From positions 160,001 through 224,000 of the forward strand of contig CALSPG010000001.1 of the NCBI GenBank assembly GCA_943788175.1: DNA of 64,000 bases, given 5' to 3'. The DNA comes from an uncultured bacterium. GTDB taxonomy: Bacteria; Fidelibacterota; Marinisomatia; Marinisomatales; UBA1611. The notes beneath the pieces were generated by a model. The model made no database searches. It was not told where the DNA came from and worked only from the letters and a program-made list of their open reading frames with translations. Positions within the stretch are counted from its first letter, which is position 1; each line of letters starts with the position of its first letter. Below are positions 41,254 through 50,731 of the stretch, one piece after another. The translations under genes and the position numbers were made by a program.

Positions 41254-42024
41254 TTAAACAGGCGAACCTTCCATTTGTTGTTCTAGTTTTCTGGCAACAG
41301 ATAAAAACTGATTAACATTCATCTCTTTTAAGTTTACCACACCATGAACCGCTCTTAAATGCGGATTTTTGTTTTGGTACCAATAATCTCTACCAAGTAA
41401 AAGTTGAAGGTCTTTATGCTGTTTTACCCAAATATCTTGAGATAAGTCACAAAATGGACCATCAAATTCGTAACTAGGAAAAGAGGCTTCCTTTTGGCTT
41501 AAATAGCAATTATTAAACGTAGATCTCATAATAGCCATTGAATTTAAAGTCACAGGCACAATGATATCAGCTTCATCAACATCAAACCTATACCAGACAT
41601 TGCGATATCCCCATATTCTCAGTTCTGATAAGTCTTCTGTCTCGTTCCATATTCGTACGGCCTCTGCTATGGTTTGTAAGTACCTTGTATAGTGTGTATC
41701 AGGACCACTGCCTTCAGGGTCAAAGGCGACAGATATAACCGTTGGTTTAATTGTTTTAAGCTGTTCTAAAACAGGTAGTACATCTCTATTTATTTGAGGG
41801 TTTTCTGTGAAAATATCACCTTGGTAGAAACCTAATCTTAGATGATGAACGTCTTGAACGCGAACGCCGTAATTAGCCCAAACTAGTTCTTCTTCATATT
41901 CACGAATCATACCTTTAAGGCTTTGAACTTCTTTTGAATTTTTTTCACCATCATAATAATTATGAATTTCTTTAATTACTTTTTTAATAGTAATGTCTAA
42001 TTCAGAGGTATTCTTTACACCCAT
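41254..42024 (-). CDS. nagB: C-terminal part of NagB/PIG-L fusion (split from upstream ORF by a +1 frameshift)
   Basis: HLRLGFY, DPEGSGPDTHY, IWGYRNVW, YLSQKEASFPS continue the PIG-L-like domain begun in 42002-43579. Confidence 0.8.
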   Translation of the reverse strand: MGVKNTSELDITIKKVIKEIHNYYDGEKNSKEVQSLKGMIREYEEELVWANYGVRVQDVHHLRLGFYQGDIFTENPQINRDVLPVLEQLKTIKPTVISVAFDPEGSGPDTHYTRYLQTIAEAVRIWNETEDLSELRIWGYRNVWYRFDVDEADIIVPVTLNSMAIMRSTFNNCYLSQKEASFPSYEFDGPFCDLSQDIWVKQHKDLQLLLGRDYWYQNKNPHLRAVHGVVNLKEMNVNQFLSVARKLEQQMEGSPV

Positions 42025-43579
42025 AAATTTCTATTAATGCTCTAACAAGTCTATGCGACATTCCTCTTTTTTGTTGAGATGAGTTATTTTCAGCAATAGC
42101 ATCTAAGTAATGAAATACATCCTTATCCCATTTTTTTTTGTAACCGTTCTCAAAAAAATCATCGTATCGTGTCATTTGAATTTTATCATCAGCTAAAAAA
42201 GATTTTGTATCTTGAAGTAAAGTTTGAATAAAATCATTTGTAACAGATGTAAAACCAGAAGTCATATTTACGAAATGATGATGATTACTAGGTTCGCGGA
42301 TAAGTTGCATTATGTACGGCATTAAGCCAAGCATAATATCATCATGATGAGGACCAGTATGATAAAAAATTTGATTAGTTTCAAGTTTAGAACCTTTTTC
42401 AACTTTACTTTCAACTTTTTTAATTACATCGCTAACAGTGTCAGCGTTTAATGATGGGATATTTTTACAATGCTCATCATTTTGTAAATTATCAAGTGAT
42501 AGTTTTTTTCCAAAAACATTTATATCTCTTGAAAGCTCCAAAATTGAACGTTGAAGTTTTTGATCATTCCATTCTGAATTTTCCCAATAATCTCTTTCAA
42601 AGTCTGTAAGCAGCTTCCCAGCACCCTTAGTAATATAAAAACAGCTCTTTTTGAGTTTAGATAAAGCTGTTGCTGGATATTTAACATCAGGAGCATGTTC
42701 AAGCGAGTTTTTAATAATTTTCGATTTTGCTTCGCCAGCGGCGATAATTATTCCAGTTGCATCAGGATTATATGTAATCGTTCCAAGTCCAATTGTAATA
42801 ACAAGCCTATTTCTACTAATTTCAATTCCCCCAAGATCTGTAGCTGCTGCTGCCTGAGTCTCGAAATTAGTACCAGTTAATCTTGTCGTTGAATTATGAT
42901 CAGATCCACGAACATTAAAAGCAATATGTCCATCAGGTCCAATTCCTCCAAGAAAAAAACCAATACCTCCCATGGATCTTATTTTATTTTCATATTCAGC
43001 GCACCATTGGTCAATTAGTAAAATAGATTCTTGCTGTTCTTCTTCAATCTCACTTGTTGGATCTCTAAACCTTAAAGTAAGATCGATTCTGTTATCAGGA
43101 AATATTTGTTTTCGATTTTTTCCGTTTACTAACTGAATTTTATCTGAATTTATAAGTAATGCTTTTTGGGGGTCTAATTCAAAACCTTCGATGTAATATT
43201 TGCAAACGTAATTATAAAAGCTGTTGTGTTGATTAGGATTAAGAGGATAAAATTCATCAATTTGTACAAATTTTAAGCCTCTTAAGCTTGGTTTATCTTT
43301 TAACAGTAATCCATTATCTTCTCTTAACTTTTTGACAGCCTTGTCATCCCAATTTTGAAGAATATGATGAGTCCATTTAATAAAGTATTCAGGTGTTTTT
43401 CCTGTAGGTAAACTTATGACACCATTCGGGTTATTTGATGACCACTCTAAGAACCGTAGAGAAGTAATAAGGCCAAGTTGAGGAAAGCTATCTAAGACAA
43501 TATAAGGAATACTTGAAGTTTGGGTCTTAATTGACTGTTGATTAAAAAAATGTTTTTCTACAGGACTAAATTGATGCAT
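42002..43579 (-). CDS. nagB: Glucosamine-6-phosphate deaminase-like domain plus start of PIG-L/LmbE deacetylase domain
   Basis: SLPTGKTP, QIDEFY, LGGIGPDGHIAFN, ITIGLGTI, YPATAL; then HTGPHHDDIMLG. Confidence 0.85.
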   Translation of the reverse strand: MHQFSPVEKHFFNQQSIKTQTSSIPYIVLDSFPQLGLITSLRFLEWSSNNPNGVISLPTGKTPEYFIKWTHHILQNWDDKAVKKLREDNGLLLKDKPSLRGLKFVQIDEFYPLNPNQHNSFYNYVCKYYIEGFELDPQKALLINSDKIQLVNGKNRKQIFPDNRIDLTLRFRDPTSEIEEEQQESILLIDQWCAEYENKIRSMGGIGFFLGGIGPDGHIAFNVRGSDHNSTTRLTGTNFETQAAAATDLGGIEISRNRLVITIGLGTITYNPDATGIIIAAGEAKSKIIKNSLEHAPDVKYPATALSKLKKSCFYITKGAGKLLTDFERDYWENSEWNDQKLQRSILELSRDINVFGKKLSLDNLQNDEHCKNIPSLNADTVSDVIKKVESKVEKGSKLETNQIFYHTGPHHDDIMLGLMPYIMQLIREPSNHHHFVNMTSGFTSVTNDFIQTLLQDTKSFLADDKIQMTRYDDFFENGYKKKWDKDVFHYLDAIAENNSSQQKRGMSHRLVRALIEIYGCKEYL

Positions 43580-43635
43580 TTTATAAAATGTGTTTTATGT
43601 GTTTGCTATGCAAGTTAAGTTGAATATTGTATTCC

Positions 43636-43667
43636 TATCTTATACTTAAGATAATAAATAATTATAG
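43636..43667. promoter_or_regulatory. Palindromic candidate operator/promoter motif, copy 1
   Basis: TATCTTA-TACT-TAAGATA perfect 7-bp inverted repeat; 27/32 identity with 52753-52784. Confidence 0.55.
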
Positions 43668-43723
43668 TTATTGACTATATCAATAATCATATTTTGTTAA
43701 TTTTTTAAAAGGATTATTAAATT

Positions 43724-44674
43724 ATGAAAAGAAGAGACTTTTTTAAAACTGGATTAGTTGGTTTTTCATTGCCATCGTTAACGAAAGCTAAATCTGATGT
43801 TAAAAGAAACAAAAAAAAACCTGTTATAATAACTACTCATAATTTTCCAAAAGCGAATGCTGCTGCTGTGAAGGTTTTAAATAAATATGGGGCATCGATG
43901 GATGCAGCAGAAGCAGCATGCATGGCTGTTGAAGCAGATGAAAAAAATAGTAATGCTGGAATAGGTAGTTTGCCGGATGAGGATGGAAGAGTGACATTAG
44001 ATTCATGTGTAATGGATAGTAATGGAAATTGTGGTTCAGTGGCTTTTTTGCAAAACATTGTCCATCCAGTTTCAGTTGCGAGAAAAATTATGGATGACAC
44101 AAAACATGTAATGCTAGTGGGAAAGGGGGCGAAAAAATTTGCTGTTTCTAAGGGTTTTAGACATACTAATTTATTGACAAAAGATTCTCGCAATGCTTGG
44201 ATGAAATGGCAAAAAAATAGAGTGGAAATGACTCCACATGATACGCATGATACTTGTGCTACCTTGATTCAAGATCATAATGGAAATATTTCAGGAGCAT
44301 GTACGACAGGAGGTTGGGCGTATAAAATGCATGGTCGGGTTGGTGATAGTCCACTTATAGGTTCCGGCTTATTTATTGATAACAATGTTGGTGGAGCAGC
44401 TGCCACCGGTTTAGGTGAAGAAGTCATAAAATCCTCTGGTAGTTTTCTAGTCGTAGAATTAATGAGGCAAGGGTATGACCCTGTATCAGCTTGCAATGAA
44501 GCTTTAAACAGAATAATTTCGTCATACAACGGTAATCCTGATTTTCAAATTTGTTATATTGCAATAAGTAAGGACGGGGAGGTAGGTGCTGCATGCCTTA
44601 AATGGGCATTCCCTCATCTTATTACTAAAAGTGGAATAACTAAATTAAAAAGTGTTAAGGGATTATTATCGTAA
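43724..44674 (+). CDS. N(4)-(beta-N-acetylglucosaminyl)-L-asparaginase (glycosylasparaginase), Tat-exported Ntn hydrolase
   Basis: MKRRDFFK twin-arginine signal; VTLDSCVMD, HVMLVG, HDT nucleophile, KMHGRVGDSPLIG, TGLGEEVI. Confidence 0.88.
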   Translation: MKRRDFFKTGLVGFSLPSLTKAKSDVKRNKKKPVIITTHNFPKANAAAVKVLNKYGASMDAAEAACMAVEADEKNSNAGIGSLPDEDGRVTLDSCVMDSNGNCGSVAFLQNIVHPVSVARKIMDDTKHVMLVGKGAKKFAVSKGFRHTNLLTKDSRNAWMKWQKNRVEMTPHDTHDTCATLIQDHNGNISGACTTGGWAYKMHGRVGDSPLIGSGLFIDNNVGGAAATGLGEEVIKSSGSFLVVELMRQGYDPVSACNEALNRIISSYNGNPDFQICYIAISKDGEVGAACLKWAFPHLITKSGITKLKSVKGLLS

Positions 44675-44684
44675 TAACAAAACT

Positions 44685-45449
44685 ATGTCAAGCATAATTG
44701 AAGAAAATATAATACGAATAGTTAGTCGTTTAGACATTCCTGGCAATGCTGCAAAAATATACCTTTTTCTACTAAAGAATGGACCTTCAACAGCATATGC
44801 TGTAAGCAAAACATCTGGGGTTAATAATGCTGTAGTATATCGAGAATTGGAGCGATTAAAATCTAGAAACCTTGTCTACCAGCTTGGAATAAAACCACTA
44901 AAGTATGAAGCAATAAATAAAGAAGGCCTTTTAAAAACATTAAAGAAACAAAATAAAACTGAAGAAAAGCTCCTAGAAAATTCTTTAAATGAATTATTTA
45001 AAGGTAAAAAGAATTTAATATCAATACGAATTGATGATTATGATGATTTAATGATTGAAATTAAAAAAGAAATTTTTAATGCAAAACAACAGATATTAAT
45101 AAGGTTATGGTCTGAGGAAATGACTGTTTTAGAAAAAGACTTGAGGAATGCAGAAAGCAAAGGAGTAAACATACAACTTCTTTCATTCACTCCCTTGGAA
45201 AAACCCATAGGAGAAACTTTTTCATATAATATTGACCCTCATTCATTTACTGAAAATTGGGAGAGGGGTATTGCTTTATTTGTGGATGAAGAACGTGTTG
45301 TAATTGGAAACAAAATAGGTAAATACCCTATACATGCTATGTTAACAAACGACCCTCTGATTACTGAATCAATTAAAGATCAAATATTGCTTGACGTTGA
45401 GCTCGTTAAGAATAAGAGAGAGATGAGGAAAAAATATGATAAACCTTAG
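44685..45449 (+). CDS. TrmB-family transcriptional regulator
   Basis: N-terminal wHTH (AKIYLFLLKNGPSTAYAVSKTSGV..VYRELERL) plus PLD-like effector domain (IFNAKQQILIRLW..AESKGVNI). Confidence 0.85.
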   Translation: MSSIIEENIIRIVSRLDIPGNAAKIYLFLLKNGPSTAYAVSKTSGVNNAVVYRELERLKSRNLVYQLGIKPLKYEAINKEGLLKTLKKQNKTEEKLLENSLNELFKGKKNLISIRIDDYDDLMIEIKKEIFNAKQQILIRLWSEEMTVLEKDLRNAESKGVNIQLLSFTPLEKPIGETFSYNIDPHSFTENWERGIALFVDEERVVIGNKIGKYPIHAMLTNDPLITESIKDQILLDVELVKNKREMRKKYDKP

Positions 45450-46447
45450 AAATCTATTTTAAGCTTTTTCAATTTTATGATGAGATGTTCAGCAAATCGT
45501 TTAAAACCGATGTCATTATAATGAACCCCATCAACAGTAGCTTCATTATCTTTGCCTATGCAATCTTCGCTCTCAATTAAATAAATTCTTTTATATCCTA
45601 TATTAATCGCATTTAGAATTTCTTTTTTTAATATATTATTTTTTTCATAAATATTTTCTTCAATATAATCGTCATGACATTCTGGTTGCTCAACAAAAAT
45701 AATAGGTTTATCATTAGAATTTTTACTAGATCTAATTGATTCGATTAGTGGGATGACATTTAACTCGATTGATTTCATATCGACATTTGGCAAGCAATCT
45801 ATAACATAGTAGTTGGTTTTGATGTTTGATAAAATTGATCCAACCGAAGGCTCTAAATGACCATTACCGCTAAATCCGAAATTAATGCAGTTATATTCTG
45901 TTCTCCTGGATATAATATTTGTATACGCTAATCCGGGTCGAGATGCGCAGCCTCCTTGAGTAATACTAGTACCATAAAAGACTATTGTTTTTAAATCTGT
46001 TTTATAGTTTGAAAAATTACAATCATTATTAATCCCAATTTTGAGATCTATTAACGTTACATAGAGAGGAAGGTGCAATCTAAACTTTCTTAATTTACTT
46101 TTTTTATTTTCAAATATTACAGCCTTATTACTTTTTCCTTCCGGAATACCAGTAGAGCGGTAATACCAAGAATTATTCTTGTACTCGTAGAGGTCAAGTC
46201 CTTTGATTCCTGTATTTGGCATATGATTCATTTTAAAATCTGACAAAATTTTCCAATGAACTACTATTTTAGGACTATTTGTTTCGAACATAATACTAAC
46301 GCCAGCTGAATTTTGGGATATCTTCCATAATTCTTGTCGAACTGAATTTTTATATTTATCTGGTATCCTTTGAAAAGGGTATTCTCTAGCTAATTTTGTT
46401 TCAACTAGACCTTGAGCGATAAGGGAATTCGAATTGAAAAATTTCAA
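45446..46447 (-). CDS. SGNH/GDSL hydrolase with N-terminal accessory domain
   Basis: FYGTSITQGGCASRPG, NFGFSGNG, DCLPN, DGVHYND. Confidence 0.85.
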   Translation of the reverse strand: MKFFNSNSLIAQGLVETKLAREYPFQRIPDKYKNSVRQELWKISQNSAGVSIMFETNSPKIVVHWKILSDFKMNHMPNTGIKGLDLYEYKNNSWYYRSTGIPEGKSNKAVIFENKKSKLRKFRLHLPLYVTLIDLKIGINNDCNFSNYKTDLKTIVFYGTSITQGGCASRPGLAYTNIISRRTEYNCINFGFSGNGHLEPSVGSILSNIKTNYYVIDCLPNVDMKSIELNVIPLIESIRSSKNSNDKPIIFVEQPECHDDYIEENIYEKNNILKKEILNAINIGYKRIYLIESEDCIGKDNEATVDGVHYNDIGFKRFAEHLIIKLKKLKIDF

Positions 46448-46448
46448 A

Positions 46449-47216
46449 TTAAATATTTATTGATTTAATAAATGGTTTTAAAATATTAATCCATTTTTGA
46501 TAACCTTGGTCATTCAAGTGCAGACCATCTGTGCTTAAGCTACGCATCATTTCATTGTTGCTATTTAAAAAATGGGAATGGAGGTCTATTATCTCAAAAT
46601 CATTGTATTTCGAAATGATTTCATTTGTTTTATTTATTTGATCATTTATAGATGGATAATCTGAGTATAAAAATTGATAATGAGGTTTTTCATCTAAATA
46701 TTGCTGATTATTTATAGGTAGGATAGTCTGAATATATATTTTTGTTTGCGGTGAACTTTTTTGAATAAATTTTGCAGCAAGAAGAATATTTTTTGCAACA
46801 TACTCAGGTGTTCTTTCGGGCCTGCTTCTATTATCATCAAAAAAGTCATTTATTCCGATTAAGATATATACTGCAATAGGTTTATAAAAAACGATTTCCT
46901 CTAGTCTTAAAAGAATACCATCTGAATAATCACCAGATATCCCACGATTAACAATATTCTCAACATCGAACTTTTCATTCCAACGACGCAAACCGTAAGT
47001 AATACTATTGCCTAGAAACACAATTTTATTTTTACCTATAGGACTATTTTTAAATTCTTTAACTCTATTTTGATAAAATTGCTTTTGCCAGTCTAGTTGA
47101 AATTTTATTACCGTTGTTGAGTCAGGATATAATAATGAGATATCATCACTATTAGAACAATTATAGCTCTGAACAAAGAAAATGAAAGAGATTGTAGTGA
47201 CAATCAGATATTTCAA
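46449..47216 (-). CDS. GDSL/SGNH esterase (exported)
   Basis: FLGNSIT, NRGISGD, GINDF, DGLHLN. Confidence 0.88.
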   Translation of the reverse strand: MKYLIVTTISFIFFVQSYNCSNSDDISLLYPDSTTVIKFQLDWQKQFYQNRVKEFKNSPIGKNKIVFLGNSITYGLRRWNEKFDVENIVNRGISGDYSDGILLRLEEIVFYKPIAVYILIGINDFFDDNRSRPERTPEYVAKNILLAAKFIQKSSPQTKIYIQTILPINNQQYLDEKPHYQFLYSDYPSINDQINKTNEIISKYNDFEIIDLHSHFLNSNNEMMRSLSTDGLHLNDQGYQKWINILKPFIKSINI

Positions 47217-47236
47217 AAGCTAGTTACCGATTGTTG

Positions 47237-50173
47237 CTAGAAAGAATATCGAAAACCAAGGTCAATAGTTCTACCATAATACTGCTCTGTAGCTAAGTTT
47301 TCGCTACCCGCATCTTCAGATGTAATACCTCGATAACGATTCACATCATTTGTTTCTGTTAAGTTACTGGCATTAAAATAGATAGAAAGACCTTTATAAG
47401 GAAGCTCCTGTTTTATCGATAAATCCCATCTCCTGTAAGCGTCTGTAGTTTGTCTTAGTTCAGGCCAAAAATTTGTACTCATAAAAACATCATCATTATA
47501 TAGCATAGATAATCTGCCTGAAAACCCCTTGTAATCATAGCCAATAGATAAATTTATAATTTCATTAGGTTGATCTAGTAATCTATCTGTATAAGTAGTG
47601 TCAATATTATACTTAACAACCTCAAATGGCGCCCAAATTATTTCTTGTTCGATAAAAGTTATTGGGTAATCAACTTCAGACTCCGTAAGAGTATAGTTTG
47701 CATTAAAAACTAGTCCACTTAGTAAACCTGGCAAATACCAAAATCGTGTTTGGTAGTCAATTTCAAATCCGTTCAATAATACATCATTTGAATTATTAAC
47801 AGTATAGTTAAGTATTCTGTAGTCTTGAAAATCACTTGACAAATCAAAGTTTGACGTATCATCAGGAAAAATAATTCTAGAACCACTAGAATAGATTAAG
47901 TCTTTGATATTTTTCTGAAAATAACCAATTGTAAAAAGACCAAGCTTATCTTGATTGAAAGAAATAGAAAAATCTATATTGTTAGATAACCCAGGTTCTA
48001 AGGATTTATTCCTCCAATCCAGTGATTTAGCTTGTCCATTTGCTCTTTGCAGAGGAATAATGTCTGTATAACTAGGCCTAGTCAAAGTATTTGTTTGAGC
48101 ATATCGAATACTTAGCCACGTAGCGGGCCTGTAATTCAAAAATAATGCAGGTAAATAATAAGAATTTTTTCTAGTATAAGATACCGTATCACCTACATAT
48201 ACCCAATGAGCTAAAGCATGGTCCAGTGAATTATTTGAATAGTAAGTTGTTGTGTTTGTTTCTCTTCTGGCTCCAGCAATTATGTTCATTGATGGCCCGA
48301 TATTAACATCTGCCATAAAATAAGAAGCTTCGTATTCTTCCTTACCATTGTAATCATAGATCTGTGAATTTGTTTGATGTATGTGGTGCATAACATATTC
48401 ATCAATTGTTGTATTTGAAGTCAGTTTATTAAAATTTTCTGAAAAATAAGTATACACATCCATCATAAAATCTAAATCAGCAACAGCACCAAAAGAATAC
48501 CGGCCATCAAAAAAGTCATCGCCGTCATAACTATTATCAACAAAAGCTGAAAGGGGTAATCTACCTGGGTTTACAATAAGCGAATCAAGATCATAATGCT
48601 CAATAAGTGCATCTCGTTGCGAAGTAGCGCCAGCTGCTCTACCTACAAGACCATATTCATGCTGTTGATCAAATGTTCTCTTTTTAATTTTCTTCTTATT
48701 ACCAAATTTAAAATTTCCAGATATATAGTCCGAAATCCGAAAATCATATTTTAAATTAAATCCAATAGATTTTTCATCTTCAATGCTATTTTTCAACCAA
48801 TAGTCGTAGCGGGAAAAATCCATATTTCCAGTATCATTTATAGCTATTTCTTGTATGTATTCAATATTTGAATCATATGTATCATCAGAAAATGCAAATT
48901 GCTCTGCAAAATTAAAATCATAATAAGTATCTTTATTTTTAGATTTTGAATAAGATGAATAAGCGTCTAAATGAAAAATATCATAAAGAGTTTGATTGTA
49001 CTTCCATGATTCCGTTAATACACCGATCGTGTTGATACCAGTACTTGAAACCATATACCTATAGTTATCTCCAAGGCCGTAGCTTATTCCATAACGCGTT
49101 ATATCTTTCTCAATCTCACTGTTTAGGTTACTGTAGCTAATATTGCCGTTAGGGATGGCTATATCTATAACTTGCAATAAATTGTTTCTATTATTGATTC
49201 TTGACCAATCATTTAAATTAAAACTAGTTAGCTGGAGAGGGTTAATAGTATCTACCTGTGCGCCAAATAAATAATAACCAGAACCAATTTCATGGGAACT
49301 TCTATCTCTATTTTCTGTGTCTATTTGAGCTAGAACTCCGATTCGATCATTCCAAAAACGTTTGCTTAAATCAAGAACAGTCTTATCATCACCATAGCTA
49401 TTTCTAATACCATTATACATACCTTGAGTAATGATATTTCCATGAAATCCTGGCTTTGCTTTCTTTAATTGAAAATCTACAGTTCCTCCTAGAACGTCAG
49501 CATCTCTATCTGGTGTTCCTGCTTTTATTACTTCAATACCATCAAGCATATACTGCGAAATCATGCTTAGATCTGTACTTCGGTTTTCATTATCAGTAGA
49601 TGCAAGTTTTACTCCGTTAACAGTAATATTATTATATTTTGGAGAAAGTCCTCTAATGATGACCTTGTTTCCTTCGCCGCCTTCTCGACGAATAGACACG
49701 CCCGGAACCCGGCCAACAGTTTCAGCAGCGTTAGCATCGGGTAAATCTTGAATTCTATCTGAAGAAATTATATTTACCAATGATTTAGAATTTAATTGCC
49801 GATTTATCGCATTCATTTGACCTTTTGCTTGGGCAGTAACAAGGACCTCATTACCCTCAATTGTTTTATAAACTAAATTGAAGTCGACAATAATTTCTGT
49901 TGTATCGCTATTTAATAAAAGAGAGTCAGAAAATGTCTCATAACCAATATATGCAGATTTTATCTTGTATGATCCTGCTTTCATATTTTTTAACTCATAA
50001 AATCCATCTTCATTTGTTGCTGATCCAATAGCAGTTTGGTCAATAAAAACATTAGCCCCAACCAATGGGTTGCCATTGTTTTTGTCATATACATGACCAG
50101 AAATAGTGTAATTTGTAGCTATTAACTGCGTGGATGCTAAAAATAAAATATTTATTAAATATCTAATTATCAT
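47237..50173 (-). CDS. TonB-dependent receptor with N-terminal carboxypeptidase-regulatory-like domain
   Basis: Signal peptide; ISGHVYDKNNGNPLVGANV; plug LPDANAAETVGRVPGVS..IRGL..ITVNG; C-terminal YYGRTIDLGFRYSF. Confidence 0.93.
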   Translation of the reverse strand: MIIRYLINILFLASTQLIATNYTISGHVYDKNNGNPLVGANVFIDQTAIGSATNEDGFYELKNMKAGSYKIKSAYIGYETFSDSLLLNSDTTEIIVDFNLVYKTIEGNEVLVTAQAKGQMNAINRQLNSKSLVNIISSDRIQDLPDANAAETVGRVPGVSIRREGGEGNKVIIRGLSPKYNNITVNGVKLASTDNENRSTDLSMISQYMLDGIEVIKAGTPDRDADVLGGTVDFQLKKAKPGFHGNIITQGMYNGIRNSYGDDKTVLDLSKRFWNDRIGVLAQIDTENRDRSSHEIGSGYYLFGAQVDTINPLQLTSFNLNDWSRINNRNNLLQVIDIAIPNGNISYSNLNSEIEKDITRYGISYGLGDNYRYMVSSTGINTIGVLTESWKYNQTLYDIFHLDAYSSYSKSKNKDTYYDFNFAEQFAFSDDTYDSNIEYIQEIAINDTGNMDFSRYDYWLKNSIEDEKSIGFNLKYDFRISDYISGNFKFGNKKKIKKRTFDQQHEYGLVGRAAGATSQRDALIEHYDLDSLIVNPGRLPLSAFVDNSYDGDDFFDGRYSFGAVADLDFMMDVYTYFSENFNKLTSNTTIDEYVMHHIHQTNSQIYDYNGKEEYEASYFMADVNIGPSMNIIAGARRETNTTTYYSNNSLDHALAHWVYVGDTVSYTRKNSYYLPALFLNYRPATWLSIRYAQTNTLTRPSYTDIIPLQRANGQAKSLDWRNKSLEPGLSNNIDFSISFNQDKLGLFTIGYFQKNIKDLIYSSGSRIIFPDDTSNFDLSSDFQDYRILNYTVNNSNDVLLNGFEIDYQTRFWYLPGLLSGLVFNANYTLTESEVDYPITFIEQEIIWAPFEVVKYNIDTTYTDRLLDQPNEIINLSIGYDYKGFSGRLSMLYNDDVFMSTNFWPELRQTTDAYRRWDLSIKQELPYKGLSIYFNASNLTETNDVNRYRGITSEDAGSENLATEQYYGRTIDLGFRYSF

Positions 50174-50197
50174 TATATAAACCTTCTTATGTATACA

Positions 50198-50629
50198 TTA
50201 ATTTGTAGTTATCCCGAGATTATTTAATTTATCTTTAAAGTAACCAATTTTATCTGGTCGATTACAATCACTTGGGTTAAATAATTTTGAGGCAAATGTC
50301 CGAAGACATGCATCTCTTATAACTGACCAGTTATCTTGTAAATTTGCAATTCTTTCAACTGCTGCATAATCATTGTTATAATTCTTAAAGTTTTGAAAAC
50401 GCTGCCTAATAGCTAACATATCATTCAGGGTCTTTAGGCCATCTTTGCTACAGTCGCAAACTGAGGATGGTTTGTAGGTTGCCATTGATAAAGAACGTGG
50501 TGCCAGTATCTTTTCTTCTGCATAATTTAATGGTTTGTCGGATTTTACCTGCTTCTTGTCGCCAGTAGAACAAGAGTAAATAAATAAAATAAGGGTAATA
50601 TATACAACTTTAAATAATTTCATTTTCAT
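50198..50629 (-). CDS. Hypothetical lipoprotein (4 additional Cys)
   Basis: IYSC lipobox; CDC..C..C; co-oriented directly upstream of the TonB-dependent receptor. Confidence 0.65.
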   Translation of the reverse strand: MKMKLFKVVYITLILFIYSCSTGDKKQVKSDKPLNYAEEKILAPRSLSMATYKPSSVCDCSKDGLKTLNDMLAIRQRFQNFKNYNNDYAAVERIANLQDNWSVIRDACLRTFASKLFNPSDCNRPDKIGYFKDKLNNLGITTN

Positions 50630-50666
50630 AAAAGTTTCTTGTAATAAAATATTAAAAATAGATAAT

Positions 50667-50700
50667 AAAAAAAAGGGGTAGTCAATTAAAACTACCCCTT
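50667..50700 (-). terminator. Rho-independent terminator after the secreted beta-helix gene
   Basis: Minus strand AAGGGGTAGT-TTTAATTG-ACTACCCCTT followed by a T-run. Confidence 0.85.
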
Positions 50701-50731
50701 CAATTTAAACGGTATAATAACGTTTAAGTTA

